From a virus (taxonomy: Duplodnaviria; Caudoviricetes), in IMG/VR virus record IMGVR_UViG_3300037808_001421, positions 1,483-65,482 of that record: a DNA stretch of 64,000 nucleotides. One strand, 5' to 3'. Shown in pieces: positions 36,299-45,428 of this stretch; the first letter of the stretch is position 1; every line of letters starts with the position of its first letter. The notes below the pieces were generated by a model. It was not told where the DNA came from. It made no database searches and saw nothing but the letters and a program-made list of their open reading frames with translations. Made by a program: the position numbers and the translations under genes.

Positions 36299-37756
36299 AC
36301 CAGGGAGAAGTTCGCAGACTTCGGCGACATGAAGAATTGGGTGAAGGAAAACCCACTCACGTCTGCGGCTATCGGCGGGGGTATCGCAGCCGCGGGGGTG
36401 GTGGGCAAGCACCTGACGGCCAAGGCGGCTCCGATAGCTTCTCGCTCAGGCAAGCGCATGCAGGATCTCGCTTCGAAGGAAGGGATCGGGTTTGGCTTTG
36501 CCACTCAAGCCAAGAAGTCGACCGACGCACCTACCTTCAAGGAAAGGGTTCGTAGCCGCTTGTTCGCAGGCGGAGCGGAGCCTGTGTACACCACACCGGA
36601 GGGGTACGTCCTCAAGAATCATGGGCGCAGTCCTAAGAAGGGTGTTGTGACAGGCTTGGACGCGGACGTGGGGGCTCAGGCAGACGTGAACGTTGGCGGC
36701 CTTTCTCCGTCAGGCTCCAAGGCAAAGAAGACCTTGGCCAACCTAGAAAAGCTGGAAGTTGCTGGCAAGCCAGGAGAGACCACCAGGTCTGTTGGCCTGT
36801 CCAAGCACTTTGCGCAGAGTGGCCGCGTTAGCAACACGGCTAAGAAGCTAGGGCTGAGGACGCCGGGCCCTAAAGCATCCCAGGCAGAGCAGGGCCGGTA
36901 CCTCAACGCGCTGCAGAAGGGCCTCATCAAAGAGCACGGCGAGTCTGGGTTTTTGATGAAGCCATCGGACCTGGTTGCGAGCTCGGGCGCCTTCCCTTCC
37001 AACAAAGGTAATTGGGGTGCTTCGTGGAAGGACTACACCACTCGCTTGAAGCCTGAGATGGACGCGATGCGTGCGGACATCGCAGCCAACCCTGCCAACT
37101 ACCCTCCAGGCAAATCGGCGTCGAACCTCGTCGCTGAAAAGTTCCGGAAGGACCCTGCGTACATAGGCACTGGGCTCGAGGCTGCGCTGAAGGATCCGAG
37201 GAGGACTCTTGGGCAGTCGAAGCTCGACATCATCCCTGGAGCTCGAGGCAAGCCTGCTGAGTACCGTGTACACATGATTGGGGGCGAGGTTCCTGAGCAA
37301 CTGTCGTACGAACGATATGACCTACCGCGCCAGATTATGGGCCGGGTACCAGGTCTGAAGCACCTGCGCAGCAACAAGCGAGGTACCCCGGAGGAGGCGG
37401 CTCAATGGGTGCGGGACAACATCTCGCCCAACATCAACAAGAAGCTGAAGGACGGTACCTTTGGTTTGGACGTGGTGCGGGTGCGCAACCCAGATGGCAG
37501 CCTTGGTTACAAGATGATTGAGCTGAACCCGTCCACGCAGGCAGGGCGCTCAGGCTTCTTGGCCGCGGAAGACAACCCGCTACTCGCTGGCGACATGTCC
37601 CGATGGCTAACAGGAAAAGCTACGCCCCTAGGCGCCGCCACCAAGACACTAGCCGCAGCCGGTGCAGGTGGCGGCGCCGTATACACCGGAGCCAGGAATC
37701 TGCCTACTGAGCGACTACCCGTGCGAGCTTCTTCATCGTCCGAGGAGACAGCTTAG
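36296..37756 (+). CDS. ATP-grasp-fold protein flanked by Gly-rich hydrophobic segments
   Basis: FLMKP, EYRVHMIGG, FGLDV, MIELNP; REKFA at the N-terminus. Confidence 0.7.
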   Translation: MTREKFADFGDMKNWVKENPLTSAAIGGGIAAAGVVGKHLTAKAAPIASRSGKRMQDLASKEGIGFGFATQAKKSTDAPTFKERVRSRLFAGGAEPVYTTPEGYVLKNHGRSPKKGVVTGLDADVGAQADVNVGGLSPSGSKAKKTLANLEKLEVAGKPGETTRSVGLSKHFAQSGRVSNTAKKLGLRTPGPKASQAEQGRYLNALQKGLIKEHGESGFLMKPSDLVASSGAFPSNKGNWGASWKDYTTRLKPEMDAMRADIAANPANYPPGKSASNLVAEKFRKDPAYIGTGLEAALKDPRRTLGQSKLDIIPGARGKPAEYRVHMIGGEVPEQLSYERYDLPRQIMGRVPGLKHLRSNKRGTPEEAAQWVRDNISPNINKKLKDGTFGLDVVRVRNPDGSLGYKMIELNPSTQAGRSGFLAAEDNPLLAGDMSRWLTGKATPLGAATKTLAAAGAGGGAVYTGARNLPTERLPVRASSSSEETA

Positions 37757-38150
37757 CGACACGTTCTGCGAAGTGTTCCTCGGGGTGGATGTCCTCGTAC
37801 TTCATCAACTGTATGCCGACCTGCAACCGAAGCCACGCCAGCCTTACCGGCGACGGGTACTCCGGAAGCTTGAAGGCGTCCGCAACATCCTCATGCTCGT
37901 TGACCACATGGTGAGCCAACTCGTGGCGGAGCAGGTACTCCGCCCCTTCGTCGTCGTTCTCCTCGTAGCAGAGCAGCGCCCACCAGCCTGCGGCGTGGAT
38001 GACCCCATCTTTGATGAATGCTCTGCACGTGGCCTGACTCCACCGAATGTCCAGGTCAGCGTCGGTGAGCTCCATAGGCACACCGTGTTCTTCCAGGGTG
38101 GCTCTAGCCGCTTGTAACCTTTCGTCTAACCAGGCAAGTGTTTCACACAT
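37704..38150 (-). CDS. Small zincin-like metallopeptidase, paralog 1
   Basis: LLRHELAH...PEEHFAE. Confidence 0.7.
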   Translation of the reverse strand: MCETLAWLDERLQAARATLEEHGVPMELTDADLDIRWSQATCRAFIKDGVIHAAGWWALLCYEENDDEGAEYLLRHELAHHVVNEHEDVADAFKLPEYPSPVRLAWLRLQVGIQLMKYEDIHPEEHFAERVAKLSPRTMKKLARVVAQ

Positions 38151-38162
38151 CAATTCACCTAT

Positions 38163-38600
38163 TCATGCGCAGACTCGCGCAAGTTTCTTCATTGTTCTTG
38201 GAGAGAGGCGCCCCACGCGATCCGCGAATTGTTCTTCGGGAATCTCGCAAAGTGCCCCAGAGATACCCAACCAGACTCCCTCCACGAAGCCTGGGTACTT
38301 AGGTATTCGGAAAGCTCGAGCAACGTCGGGACGCCGCTTGAGTATAAGATGCGCCAATTCATGGCGGAAGATATCGAGGACGTCCTCGTCTTCATCATTT
38401 AGGTAGGCGCTCCTGGCCCACCACCCATTTACATACACTGTGAAGTCGCCGGGACTTTCGTTGACGTATGCATAGCAGGTACACGAAACCCAACTGAGCT
38501 TGACCTTGGCGCGCACCAGCTTGGCCGGTATGCCCCAAGATTTCAGGTCAGTTCGGGCCTCCTTCAGCCTGTCTTGTAACCATCTCTTCAGATTTCTCAC
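38163..38600 (-). CDS. Small zincin-like metallopeptidase, paralog 2
   Basis: IFRHELAH...PEEQFAD; start refined to GTG 38600 by alignment with paralog 1. Confidence 0.7.
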   Translation of the reverse strand: MRNLKRWLQDRLKEARTDLKSWGIPAKLVRAKVKLSWVSCTCYAYVNESPGDFTVYVNGWWARSAYLNDEDEDVLDIFRHELAHLILKRRPDVARAFRIPKYPGFVEGVWLGISGALCEIPEEQFADRVGRLSPRTMKKLARVCA

Positions 38601-38606
38601 ACTTAT

Positions 38607-38633
38607 CTTATCCCTCCCCTGGCCCTGGCATTT
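38607..38633 (-). promoter_or_regulatory. Class-1 phage promoter AAA-N16-GGGATAAG
   Basis: Same spacing as the 24407 and 36225 motifs. Confidence 0.55.
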
Positions 38634-38636
38634 CCT

Positions 38637-38652
38637 GTACACTAGCCCCGTG
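38637..38652 (+). promoter_or_regulatory. Class-2 promoter GTACACT-N6-GTG
   Basis: TACACT 38638-38643; in-frame GTG 38650. Confidence 0.55.
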
Positions 38653-39486
38653 GACGCAGCGACTGACGCCATGTGGGCGGAGCTCGAGAAGATTGCTGCA
38701 GAGCTCGACCCGGAGGCGCTGAAACGCTTCACCGCGAACCTTCGCGCCGGCGATCTGATCAACTTTGACCGAGCGGCCGCGGACGCTGCCACTGAGCAGG
38801 CAGGGCTACGCAAGGCGATGCTCACAGGGGGCATCAAGCGCCTGTCCAAGTCTCCGCAGCACCACACTGCGATGTACATGGGCCTGGATCCAGAGACGGG
38901 CAAGCACATGCTTGGTCACAACTTCGAGCAGGGTGGCCGCACGGGCGTATCGCTGGCGCCTCTCGATGAGTTCGCGAACAATTCCAGCTATCACGCGTAC
39001 CGACCTGCGGGCGTGACACCTGAGCAGGGTCAGGCAGCTGCAGATGAGATTCGCCGGCTCTCGCAGGTACCCACGGAGTACTCGAAGCGCAACCTGGTTG
39101 CCGCTGGTGTTGCTGAAGCTGCTGGCGAAGGTGACACTGTCATGAGCCGTGCCGGCCGCGGTCTGGCAAAGCGACTGAGTAAAGTCTGCGACCCAGGGAC
39201 AGGTATCTGCTCACACCTGCCGGTAGACGCGTACTCCCCCGGTATGGGTCGGGAGGAGGCGGTGAAGGTATTCGGTGGCGGTAACGTGCCTGTTGATGAG
39301 GCGCACTTCCGGGTCACCCCCAAGACCATTTCACAGTCGCCGCACATGAAGGGCTTGGGTACCTACCAGCCAATGGCCCAGGAATCCTCCACTGTCAAAG
39401 CAGTGGGCAAGGGCCTGTTCAAGTCCCTCAAGACCAAGATGGCGCCTTCACTCGGCACGGCTGTTCGTGCGCTAACCCCAGGGTGA
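38650..39486 (+). CDS. Permuted papain-like (YiiX/YebB, NlpC/P60) enzyme with ELEKIA leader
   Basis: WAELEKIAA; LRAGDLI, HHTAMY (His before Cys), ICSHLP..AY, VTPKTI. Confidence 0.7.
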   Translation: MDAATDAMWAELEKIAAELDPEALKRFTANLRAGDLINFDRAAADAATEQAGLRKAMLTGGIKRLSKSPQHHTAMYMGLDPETGKHMLGHNFEQGGRTGVSLAPLDEFANNSSYHAYRPAGVTPEQGQAAADEIRRLSQVPTEYSKRNLVAAGVAEAAGEGDTVMSRAGRGLAKRLSKVCDPGTGICSHLPVDAYSPGMGREEAVKVFGGGNVPVDEAHFRVTPKTISQSPHMKGLGTYQPMAQESSTVKAVGKGLFKSLKTKMAPSLGTAVRALTPG

Positions 39487-39489
39487 CCT

Positions 39490-40803
39490 ATGCCTCCTGT
39501 TCTACCTAAAGCTCCTGTAAGTACCTTCAACAAGGCGCGTAACTACGCCAAGGGCGCGATTGGTACCGTGACGGGCCGTAATTGGCGCGACGTCGCGGAT
39601 AAGTACTACACAGAGGTGATGGCGATGCCGCACCTCAAATCGACCGGAAAGCTCTACGGCGATGAGAGCATGAAGGGTACGAACCAGTTTGTGCGAGAGG
39701 CGCTGACGGGGGAGACGCCCACTCCCGGCTTTCGTGGTTCTCTCGTAGACCCAGAAACTGGCGACGTCGTCTCTACGTCACGCAGGCAGATCCAGGCGCT
39801 GGCTAAGCTCGAGGAGGGTCGCCGGAAGGTCATGCTTCAGCAGAAGAAGACACGTACCGCCAGGCGACGCTTGATAGCAGGTGGGCTTACCGCAGTGGGC
39901 GCAGGCACCCTTCACAACCAAGGTATGCCTGAGATTTCCGTGAAGACTGCGGACCTGTCGGACACTCAAAAGAACGTGGCAGCGGGTGGTCTTGCTGCTG
40001 CCGCCGGCGCCGCGCCCATCGCACAAGGTCTAAGCTCGGGAGCTCTGCGACTTCGGGCTGACACGGGCACGAACGTCACGGACGTCAAAGATCTGCGGAA
40101 GATGATGCAGTCGGGCGACGTACTCATGTATGGGCTGCCTGGTACTGAGGATTACGGGAAGGGGTCCATCTCTTTGGTGGGCGGCGACCCTCATGTCCCT
40201 CATGTGCAGCAGGTCCAAAAAGCACACAAAGGTCGTACCGCGTACACAGGCATCGACGCAGCAGGTGGCCGCGGAGGTGGCGCAGCTACAACCGAAGTAG
40301 CTGAAGAACTACACCCGAAATGGAACTACACCATCCGCAGGTTCAAGGATCCTGAGCATCGAAAGGCGTTCCTCAAGAACCTTGGTGCCGCAGAAACTGC
40401 GGATGAGGCTTTAGAGGATGCTTTTGGTAGCTGGGCGCGCTCTACCAGGTACGACGACCGTAGGTCCACGCCGGCGGCCAAGAGGTCCATGCTTCCTGGG
40501 CCCCTGAAGAAGCTCGTCAAGGCTGACCCAAGTGAGGGTCGGGCCTTTTGTTCTGCGCTTACGGGCAAGTGCTCGCCTGTTCCGCTCACCAAAGGTGTCG
40601 AGGGCGCGGACGTGCTTCCTCACCACGTGCGCTCATCAAAGGTGCTGGAGACCGTTGGCTCCTACAGAGCTCCGACCTCCTTGAAGAACAAGATCTACGA
40701 CAAAGCTCTGGGAGCGTCGCACTGGGGTGTTCGAGGCTTGGCCGGCGCCGGGCTTGCGGCAGGTACGTACGTCGGCGCGAAGAAGTTGATGGGGAATGAG
40801 TAA
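39490..40803 (+). CDS. Two-module protein: basic N-module, VKTA, then a permuted papain-like domain flanked by Gly-rich segments
   Basis: SVKTADL; MQSGDVL, HVPHV, FCSAL, VLPHHV. Confidence 0.55.
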   Translation: MPPVLPKAPVSTFNKARNYAKGAIGTVTGRNWRDVADKYYTEVMAMPHLKSTGKLYGDESMKGTNQFVREALTGETPTPGFRGSLVDPETGDVVSTSRRQIQALAKLEEGRRKVMLQQKKTRTARRRLIAGGLTAVGAGTLHNQGMPEISVKTADLSDTQKNVAAGGLAAAAGAAPIAQGLSSGALRLRADTGTNVTDVKDLRKMMQSGDVLMYGLPGTEDYGKGSISLVGGDPHVPHVQQVQKAHKGRTAYTGIDAAGGRGGGAATTEVAEELHPKWNYTIRRFKDPEHRKAFLKNLGAAETADEALEDAFGSWARSTRYDDRRSTPAAKRSMLPGPLKKLVKADPSEGRAFCSALTGKCSPVPLTKGVEGADVLPHHVRSSKVLETVGSYRAPTSLKNKIYDKALGASHWGVRGLAGAGLAAGTYVGAKKLMGNE

Positions 40804-41137
40804 GGTCAGCGACCAACTCCTTGCTCAACGCTGGGCTGACGAACTCGACCATCTGGAGAAGACGGCGCGCTCCTACGCTAGGAAATCCTAGCGGGAGTGG
40901 GCCCGATTGGAACCAAGACGTTCGAGTACGGCGTTGCGGACTCAGGGCGTAAGGAACCATCTACGTCTCGAGCTCTGACAGGTGTTGCAGGCGGCCTAGT
41001 TGGTGGTGCTGTCTGGCGGCGCGACTCTCGGGATGTCAGGTTTGATTGGGGGAGGCGCCGCGGCCCTTCAGTACAAGAAGGGGCGGAAGTTCGGCAAGCC
41101 CCTCTCCAAGTCACAGATCGCAGAGGTTACGGCGTAA
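40796..41137 (+). pseudogene. Doubly frameshifted glycine-zipper cargo-like gene (or assembly indels)
   Basis: MSKVSDQLLAQRWADELDHLEKTARSYA / shift / EILAGVGPIGTKTFEYG...GVAGGLVGGAV / shift / GGATLGMSGLIGGGAAALQYKK...stop. Confidence 0.55.
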
Positions 41138-41729
41138 TTCCACGCATAGCCCTGTGCTTGTCGTGGATCTTCTTTCGTCGCCACTTTCTTAGGAACAACT
41201 CGCGATGTAGAGGACATGGACCATGGGTGTTCAGGCCCTCGTAGTGCTTCTTGGTGCCGTAGCCTTTGTTGTTCTTCCAGTCGTACTGCGGGAAGTGCTT
41301 TCCTAGGGACTGCATTTCTGCATCCCGTGTCACCTTGGCTACAATGCTCGCGGCGCCTACCTGCCAGTACTTAGCGTCTGCTTTGGGCTGCACTTTGGTC
41401 TTGCCTTTATACCCTCTGACGTCACGGTCGCCATCGATGATGAGAAGCTCAGCATCTGGTACGTGACGCAGCGCCATATCGCAGGCCGTCAGCCAAGCTT
41501 CAGCCATGCCGAAATCGTCTACCCGCTTGGATGTGGCGAAGCCGAAATCGATGAAGTCGGCCTCCTGAACGATGACACGGGCAAGCATTTCACGCGCTGC
41601 CTCGGGTACCTTTTTGCTGTCGTCTACAGCTTGTAGCGAGTCGGGACGGGTGTGTTTGAACCCCGCCACGACTACGACAACTGGTCCAGCTAGAGCCCCT
41701 AGCCCGACCTCATCTAGCCCTAGGATCAT
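41127..41729 (-). CDS. rnhB: Ribonuclease HII
   Basis: GLDEVGLGALAGPV, DDSKK, IIDG, AASIVAKVTRD, NKGYGTKKH. Confidence 0.95.
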   Translation of the reverse strand: MILGLDEVGLGALAGPVVVVVAGFKHTRPDSLQAVDDSKKVPEAAREMLARVIVQEADFIDFGFATSKRVDDFGMAEAWLTACDMALRHVPDAELLIIDGDRDVRGYKGKTKVQPKADAKYWQVGAASIVAKVTRDAEMQSLGKHFPQYDWKNNKGYGTKKHYEGLNTHGPCPLHRELFLRKWRRKKIHDKHRAMRGITP

Positions 41730-42045
41730 GGGACCTCCTGTAGTTCTTTTCGTGTCGTTGTTTGATGAAAGCCTCGAAGTGAACAGCGCGCTTGTCGATG
41801 TTGATTCGAGGCAGCTCGCAGTCGGACATTGCGGCGTAGCACCTTAGGATGTTACGAAGGGGTTCCCGGCCGTCTTTAGGGACGGCAGAACCAAGTGGTA
41901 TGGTGATAAGCATCTTGAGTGGGTCAACGGTCTTGGTTACGCGGACGCTAGCAGGAAACAGCTCCGTGCCGGCCGCCCACCGTAACAATTTGAAGGCATC
42001 CTCGAGCCAAGCCAGGCGTTCGAGGATAATGCGATCTTGGTGCAC
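41710..42045 (-). CDS. Hypothetical protein
   Basis: ORF track. Confidence 0.55.
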   Translation of the reverse strand: MHQDRIILERLAWLEDAFKLLRWAAGTELFPASVRVTKTVDPLKMLITIPLGSAVPKDGREPLRNILRCYAAMSDCELPRINIDKRAVHFEAFIKQRHEKNYRRSHDPRAR

Positions 42046-42068
42046 GAGATGCGTATACCCCGATATCC

Positions 42069-43871
42069 ATGCTGCTTGACGTCGCGAAGAAAGTCCAGGC
42101 GAGGCTATCGGAGAGCCGCTTCGGTGACCTCACTCTCGAGTCTTTTGATAACCCGTATGACTACGTTGAAGAGAACGACGAAGAGAAGGTAGACGTCCTT
42201 CCTTCCGAGTTCACTGAGTACGCCGTCCGAGTACCCGTGGCGGGTGGTCTCGAGGACTTCAGGTTTGCTGATCGCAGGTACCTCAGGCCCATTTACGACA
42301 CGCCATCCAAGCGCAGGGTCGTCATTGCAGGCCGTCAGGTTGAGAAGTCAACTCTCCTAGGCAACCAGTCGCTGGCATACATGGCGTTGATCCCTCACTT
42401 CAGGGTTCTATACGTCTCCACGTCGCATACCCAGACCAAAGTTTTTAGCCGTGACAGAATCAAGGAGCCGATGGAGGTCTCCCCCATCCTGGCGCAGTTC
42501 ACCAGCACGCAGCTTCTTTCTAACGTCCTGGAGAAGAAGCTCGTCAACGGTTCTCAAATCACGCTCCGGTTCGCGTTCCTCAACGCCGACCGTTGTCGTG
42601 GTATCCCGGCGGACTACGTCAACATCGACGAGTTCCAGGACATCATGATTGAGAACGTACCGGTCATCGAGGAGTGTGCGTCTCACTCGAAGTTTCGGAT
42701 GTTCACGTATTCGGGCACGCCCAAGTCTCTTGGCGGCTCGTTGGAGCATTACTGGTCTAAGTATTCAACACAGAACGAGTGGGTTGTACCTTGCCGCTCG
42801 CACACACCGATGCACTGGAACATTCTCAGTGAGGACAACATCGGTAAGAACGGTCTCATCTGCGACAAATGCAGCAGACCTATTCATGCAATGGACCCGG
42901 ACGCTCAATGGGCGTCCATGAACCCAGAACCTGACGTAGAGCTCCCCTTTGAGGGCTTCAGGCTACCGCAGCTAATGGTCCCGTGGATCGAGTGGCGGGA
43001 CATCCTGGACAAGCAGCGCAAGTACAGCCGCGCCAAGTTCTACAACGAGGTGCTTGGCCGCAGCTACGACTCAGGTACCCGCCCTCTTACGCAACAAGAC
43101 CTGAGAGGGAACTGCAACAACGAGCTCTCCATGGATGCTCTTCCAGAAGTGAAGAAGATCATCGGTCAGATCCAGGTCTGCATGGGCATCGACTGGGGTA
43201 CTGGAGAGAGCTCTTACACCGTCATCACGCTGGGTGCGTACCTGCCTTTCGCACCGGACAGGTTCACCATCTTCTATTGGAAACGCTGTGAGGGCCGAGA
43301 GGCGGAGCCGAAGGAACAGCTCAGCATCATCCGTAAGCTGGTCAACGACTACAATATCAGGCACATCGGAGCTGACTATGGCGGCGGGCACTGGCCGAAT
43401 GATGAATTGCTGCGGGACTACGGTTCCAACCGTGTCCACAAGTACCAGTGGGTAGGTAACGTAAAGAAGAAGATCAGCTACGAGCCGAGCCTGGGTATCC
43501 CGAGGTTCTTATGTCACCGCACGGAGATCATGAGTGACTACTTCAACGCGCTCAAGCGTGGTGATGTGTTCATGTTCCCTCGCTGGCCTGAGTTCAAGGA
43601 CCCCTTCGCTGCGGACCACATGAACATCTTCAGCGAGTTCAACGACAGGCTGCGGATGAACGTCTACAAGCATGCTCCTGGTATGCCGGATGACTCCGCG
43701 CACTCGGCCATCTTCTGCTTCCTGTGCTCTTTCTTCTTCAGGAAGAGGCCAGACGTGGTCCTGCCTCGCAAAGAACTGCAACGGCAGAACGAGATCTACG
43801 ACGGAAGCGTTGGGGACGTCGAGTCGATGGACATCGATCCCGAATACACCTACGACAATAATCAGAGCTAG
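42069..43871 (+). CDS. terL: Terminase large subunit (lambda GpA-like)
   Basis: Walker A GRQVEKST, Walker B NIDEFQD, SGTP, FYNEVLG, nuclease GIDWG, PDDSAH. Confidence 0.9.
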   Translation: MLLDVAKKVQARLSESRFGDLTLESFDNPYDYVEENDEEKVDVLPSEFTEYAVRVPVAGGLEDFRFADRRYLRPIYDTPSKRRVVIAGRQVEKSTLLGNQSLAYMALIPHFRVLYVSTSHTQTKVFSRDRIKEPMEVSPILAQFTSTQLLSNVLEKKLVNGSQITLRFAFLNADRCRGIPADYVNIDEFQDIMIENVPVIEECASHSKFRMFTYSGTPKSLGGSLEHYWSKYSTQNEWVVPCRSHTPMHWNILSEDNIGKNGLICDKCSRPIHAMDPDAQWASMNPEPDVELPFEGFRLPQLMVPWIEWRDILDKQRKYSRAKFYNEVLGRSYDSGTRPLTQQDLRGNCNNELSMDALPEVKKIIGQIQVCMGIDWGTGESSYTVITLGAYLPFAPDRFTIFYWKRCEGREAEPKEQLSIIRKLVNDYNIRHIGADYGGGHWPNDELLRDYGSNRVHKYQWVGNVKKKISYEPSLGIPRFLCHRTEIMSDYFNALKRGDVFMFPRWPEFKDPFAADHMNIFSEFNDRLRMNVYKHAPGMPDDSAHSAIFCFLCSFFFRKRPDVVLPRKELQRQNEIYDGSVGDVESMDIDPEYTYDNNQS

Positions 43872-44191
43872 AGGTCAGAGTGGACTGCGGACAGCGCGCG
43901 GCGTGCCGACTCAGCAGCGTTGTAGTTCCCCATTGTGGTTCGAGCAGCAGCCTCGAGCCGCTTGACCCGGTGTTCGAGCTCACAAAGCCTCATGGCCATC
44001 TCGTTCACGTCCATGGTGCGCGTGCTGAGGTAGGCTTCGACACTTTCTCTGGGAATCCAGATGCGGCGGTCGCCCTGATGTTTGATTTTAGGGAGCCTTT
44101 TTCGAGAGAGAAGTCTTCGTACCGTACGCTCGGAAACGCCCACAAGAGCCGCGGTTTCCACGACTGTTAGAAGATCGGGTTCCGTTCCCAC
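43868..44191 (-). CDS. Excisionase/MerR-like HTH DNA-binding protein (start uncertain)
   Basis: LLTVVETAALVGVSERTVRRLLS...IWIPRESVEAYL. Confidence 0.8.
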   Translation of the reverse strand: MGTEPDLLTVVETAALVGVSERTVRRLLSRKRLPKIKHQGDRRIWIPRESVEAYLSTRTMDVNEMAMRLCELEHRVKRLEAAARTTMGNYNAAESARRALSAVHSDL

Positions 44192-44205
44192 ATTCAAGGG
44201 TGCGT

Positions 44206-44222
44206 GGTACGGTTTTCTTGTG
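44206..44222 (+). promoter_or_regulatory. Class-2 promoter GTACGGT-N6-GTG
   Basis: TACGGT 44208-44213; in-frame GTG 44220. Confidence 0.45.
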
Positions 44223-45428
44223 TTCGACGACATCGATCTGGACATCCGTACTTCAGCAGCGAACGTTAGCCGATCCGACCTGCTCAGTCACGGCCGTCGG
44301 GCTGCTGATATGTTCATACGTGAATCCGTCCCCCTGACGGAAGCGATTATCAAGGTCGCGCAGGAGACGTCATCGCTGACGCCAGCACACCTCGAGCGCA
44401 TCACGGAGTTCGCCAACACGGCAGCTTTTGAGCGCCTCTTCGAGAAACAAGCCTCAGACAAGAACATCTCGTTCGACATCGCAGACCCCGCCGACGTCGT
44501 CAGGGGCATCAACAGCGCAGCCTGCCCTCAGACCGTGAAGACCTCCTCCGCGGACTACGCGCTGCCCCCGCCTGCGCCCCGTCCGAACGTCGCTGCGATG
44601 GATGAGTCGCTCGAGGCTGCTTTCGCCGTCGAGGGTGGCGGTATGGAGAAAACCGCGTCGGCCGAAACCAAGTGGGACGATCTCGGTCGGAACTGGCAGC
44701 GGGCCTGTCGCCTCGAGGAGCTCGCCGTCGAGACCTACTGGAACGCCAGCGGTATGCAGAAACAAGCTGCCGCTGAGGCCATCGAGAAGGGCTACAGGGA
44801 AATCCTGGGCGGCACCAACATGGGTGAGCTCATCCACGCGATGGCCGGTATCGAGAACGGTCCAATGCTCAAGGAAGCAGCTTCCGCAATCTCGGACAGG
44901 TTGGTACACACACTTCCTGCGTACCGGGTCCGTCAGATCCAGGCGGACGCCATCAACTACGAGATGCAGAAGGTGGCTTCTGTCCGTATCGCCAACCACG
45001 AGCACCCTGTGGTGGAGGCGTTCGGCGCCTACGTGGCACTGACCCAGAAGCTCGCCGCCATCGAGCACGCCACCAACAAAATCCACGACAAACGGATGCA
45101 GTTGGAAGAGCTCGTCAAAGAGGCAGGGCTCATGAGCGCGGCATCGGGGGCCCTGAAGGGGTTCCAGCGCGGTCGGAAAACGGGCCTCAACCTCATCGAC
45201 TCTGCGCGCCGCGGCTTCGAGGGTGCCCAGAAGCGGTACGCTCACACCGCAGGCAAGACCGTCACCAAAGGTGTCGACAAGGCCGCCAAGGGTGGCAAGA
45301 AGGCGAAGGACAAGGGCATGGGCTGGGGCAAGAAGGCCCTGCTCGCCGGCGGTATCACCGGGGGTACCGGTCTTTACGTCGCCAACGAGGCTGCGAACAC
45401 CCCCTACGTTCCTCCGCACAGGACTTGA
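44220..45428 (+). CDS. Putative head protein with nine K-x-[AS] motifs and a C-terminal basic/Gly cassette
   Basis: IKVAQ, EKQAS, VKTSS, EKTAS, QKQAA, LKEAA, QKVAS, QKLAA, VKEAG. Confidence 0.75.
   Translation: MFDDIDLDIRTSAANVSRSDLLSHGRRAADMFIRESVPLTEAIIKVAQETSSLTPAHLERITEFANTAAFERLFEKQASDKNISFDIADPADVVRGINSAACPQTVKTSSADYALPPPAPRPNVAAMDESLEAAFAVEGGGMEKTASAETKWDDLGRNWQRACRLEELAVETYWNASGMQKQAAAEAIEKGYREILGGTNMGELIHAMAGIENGPMLKEAASAISDRLVHTLPAYRVRQIQADAINYEMQKVASVRIANHEHPVVEAFGAYVALTQKLAAIEHATNKIHDKRMQLEELVKEAGLMSAASGALKGFQRGRKTGLNLIDSARRGFEGAQKRYAHTAGKTVTKGVDKAAKGGKKAKDKGMGWGKKALLAGGITGGTGLYVANEAANTPYVPPHRT

Noticed and set aside
43868-44245. Excisionase-like HTH as evidence of an integration module
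   Set aside because: No integrase or att-like repeat recognised; its position next to terL fits a regulator or packaging-related DNA-binding protein equally well.
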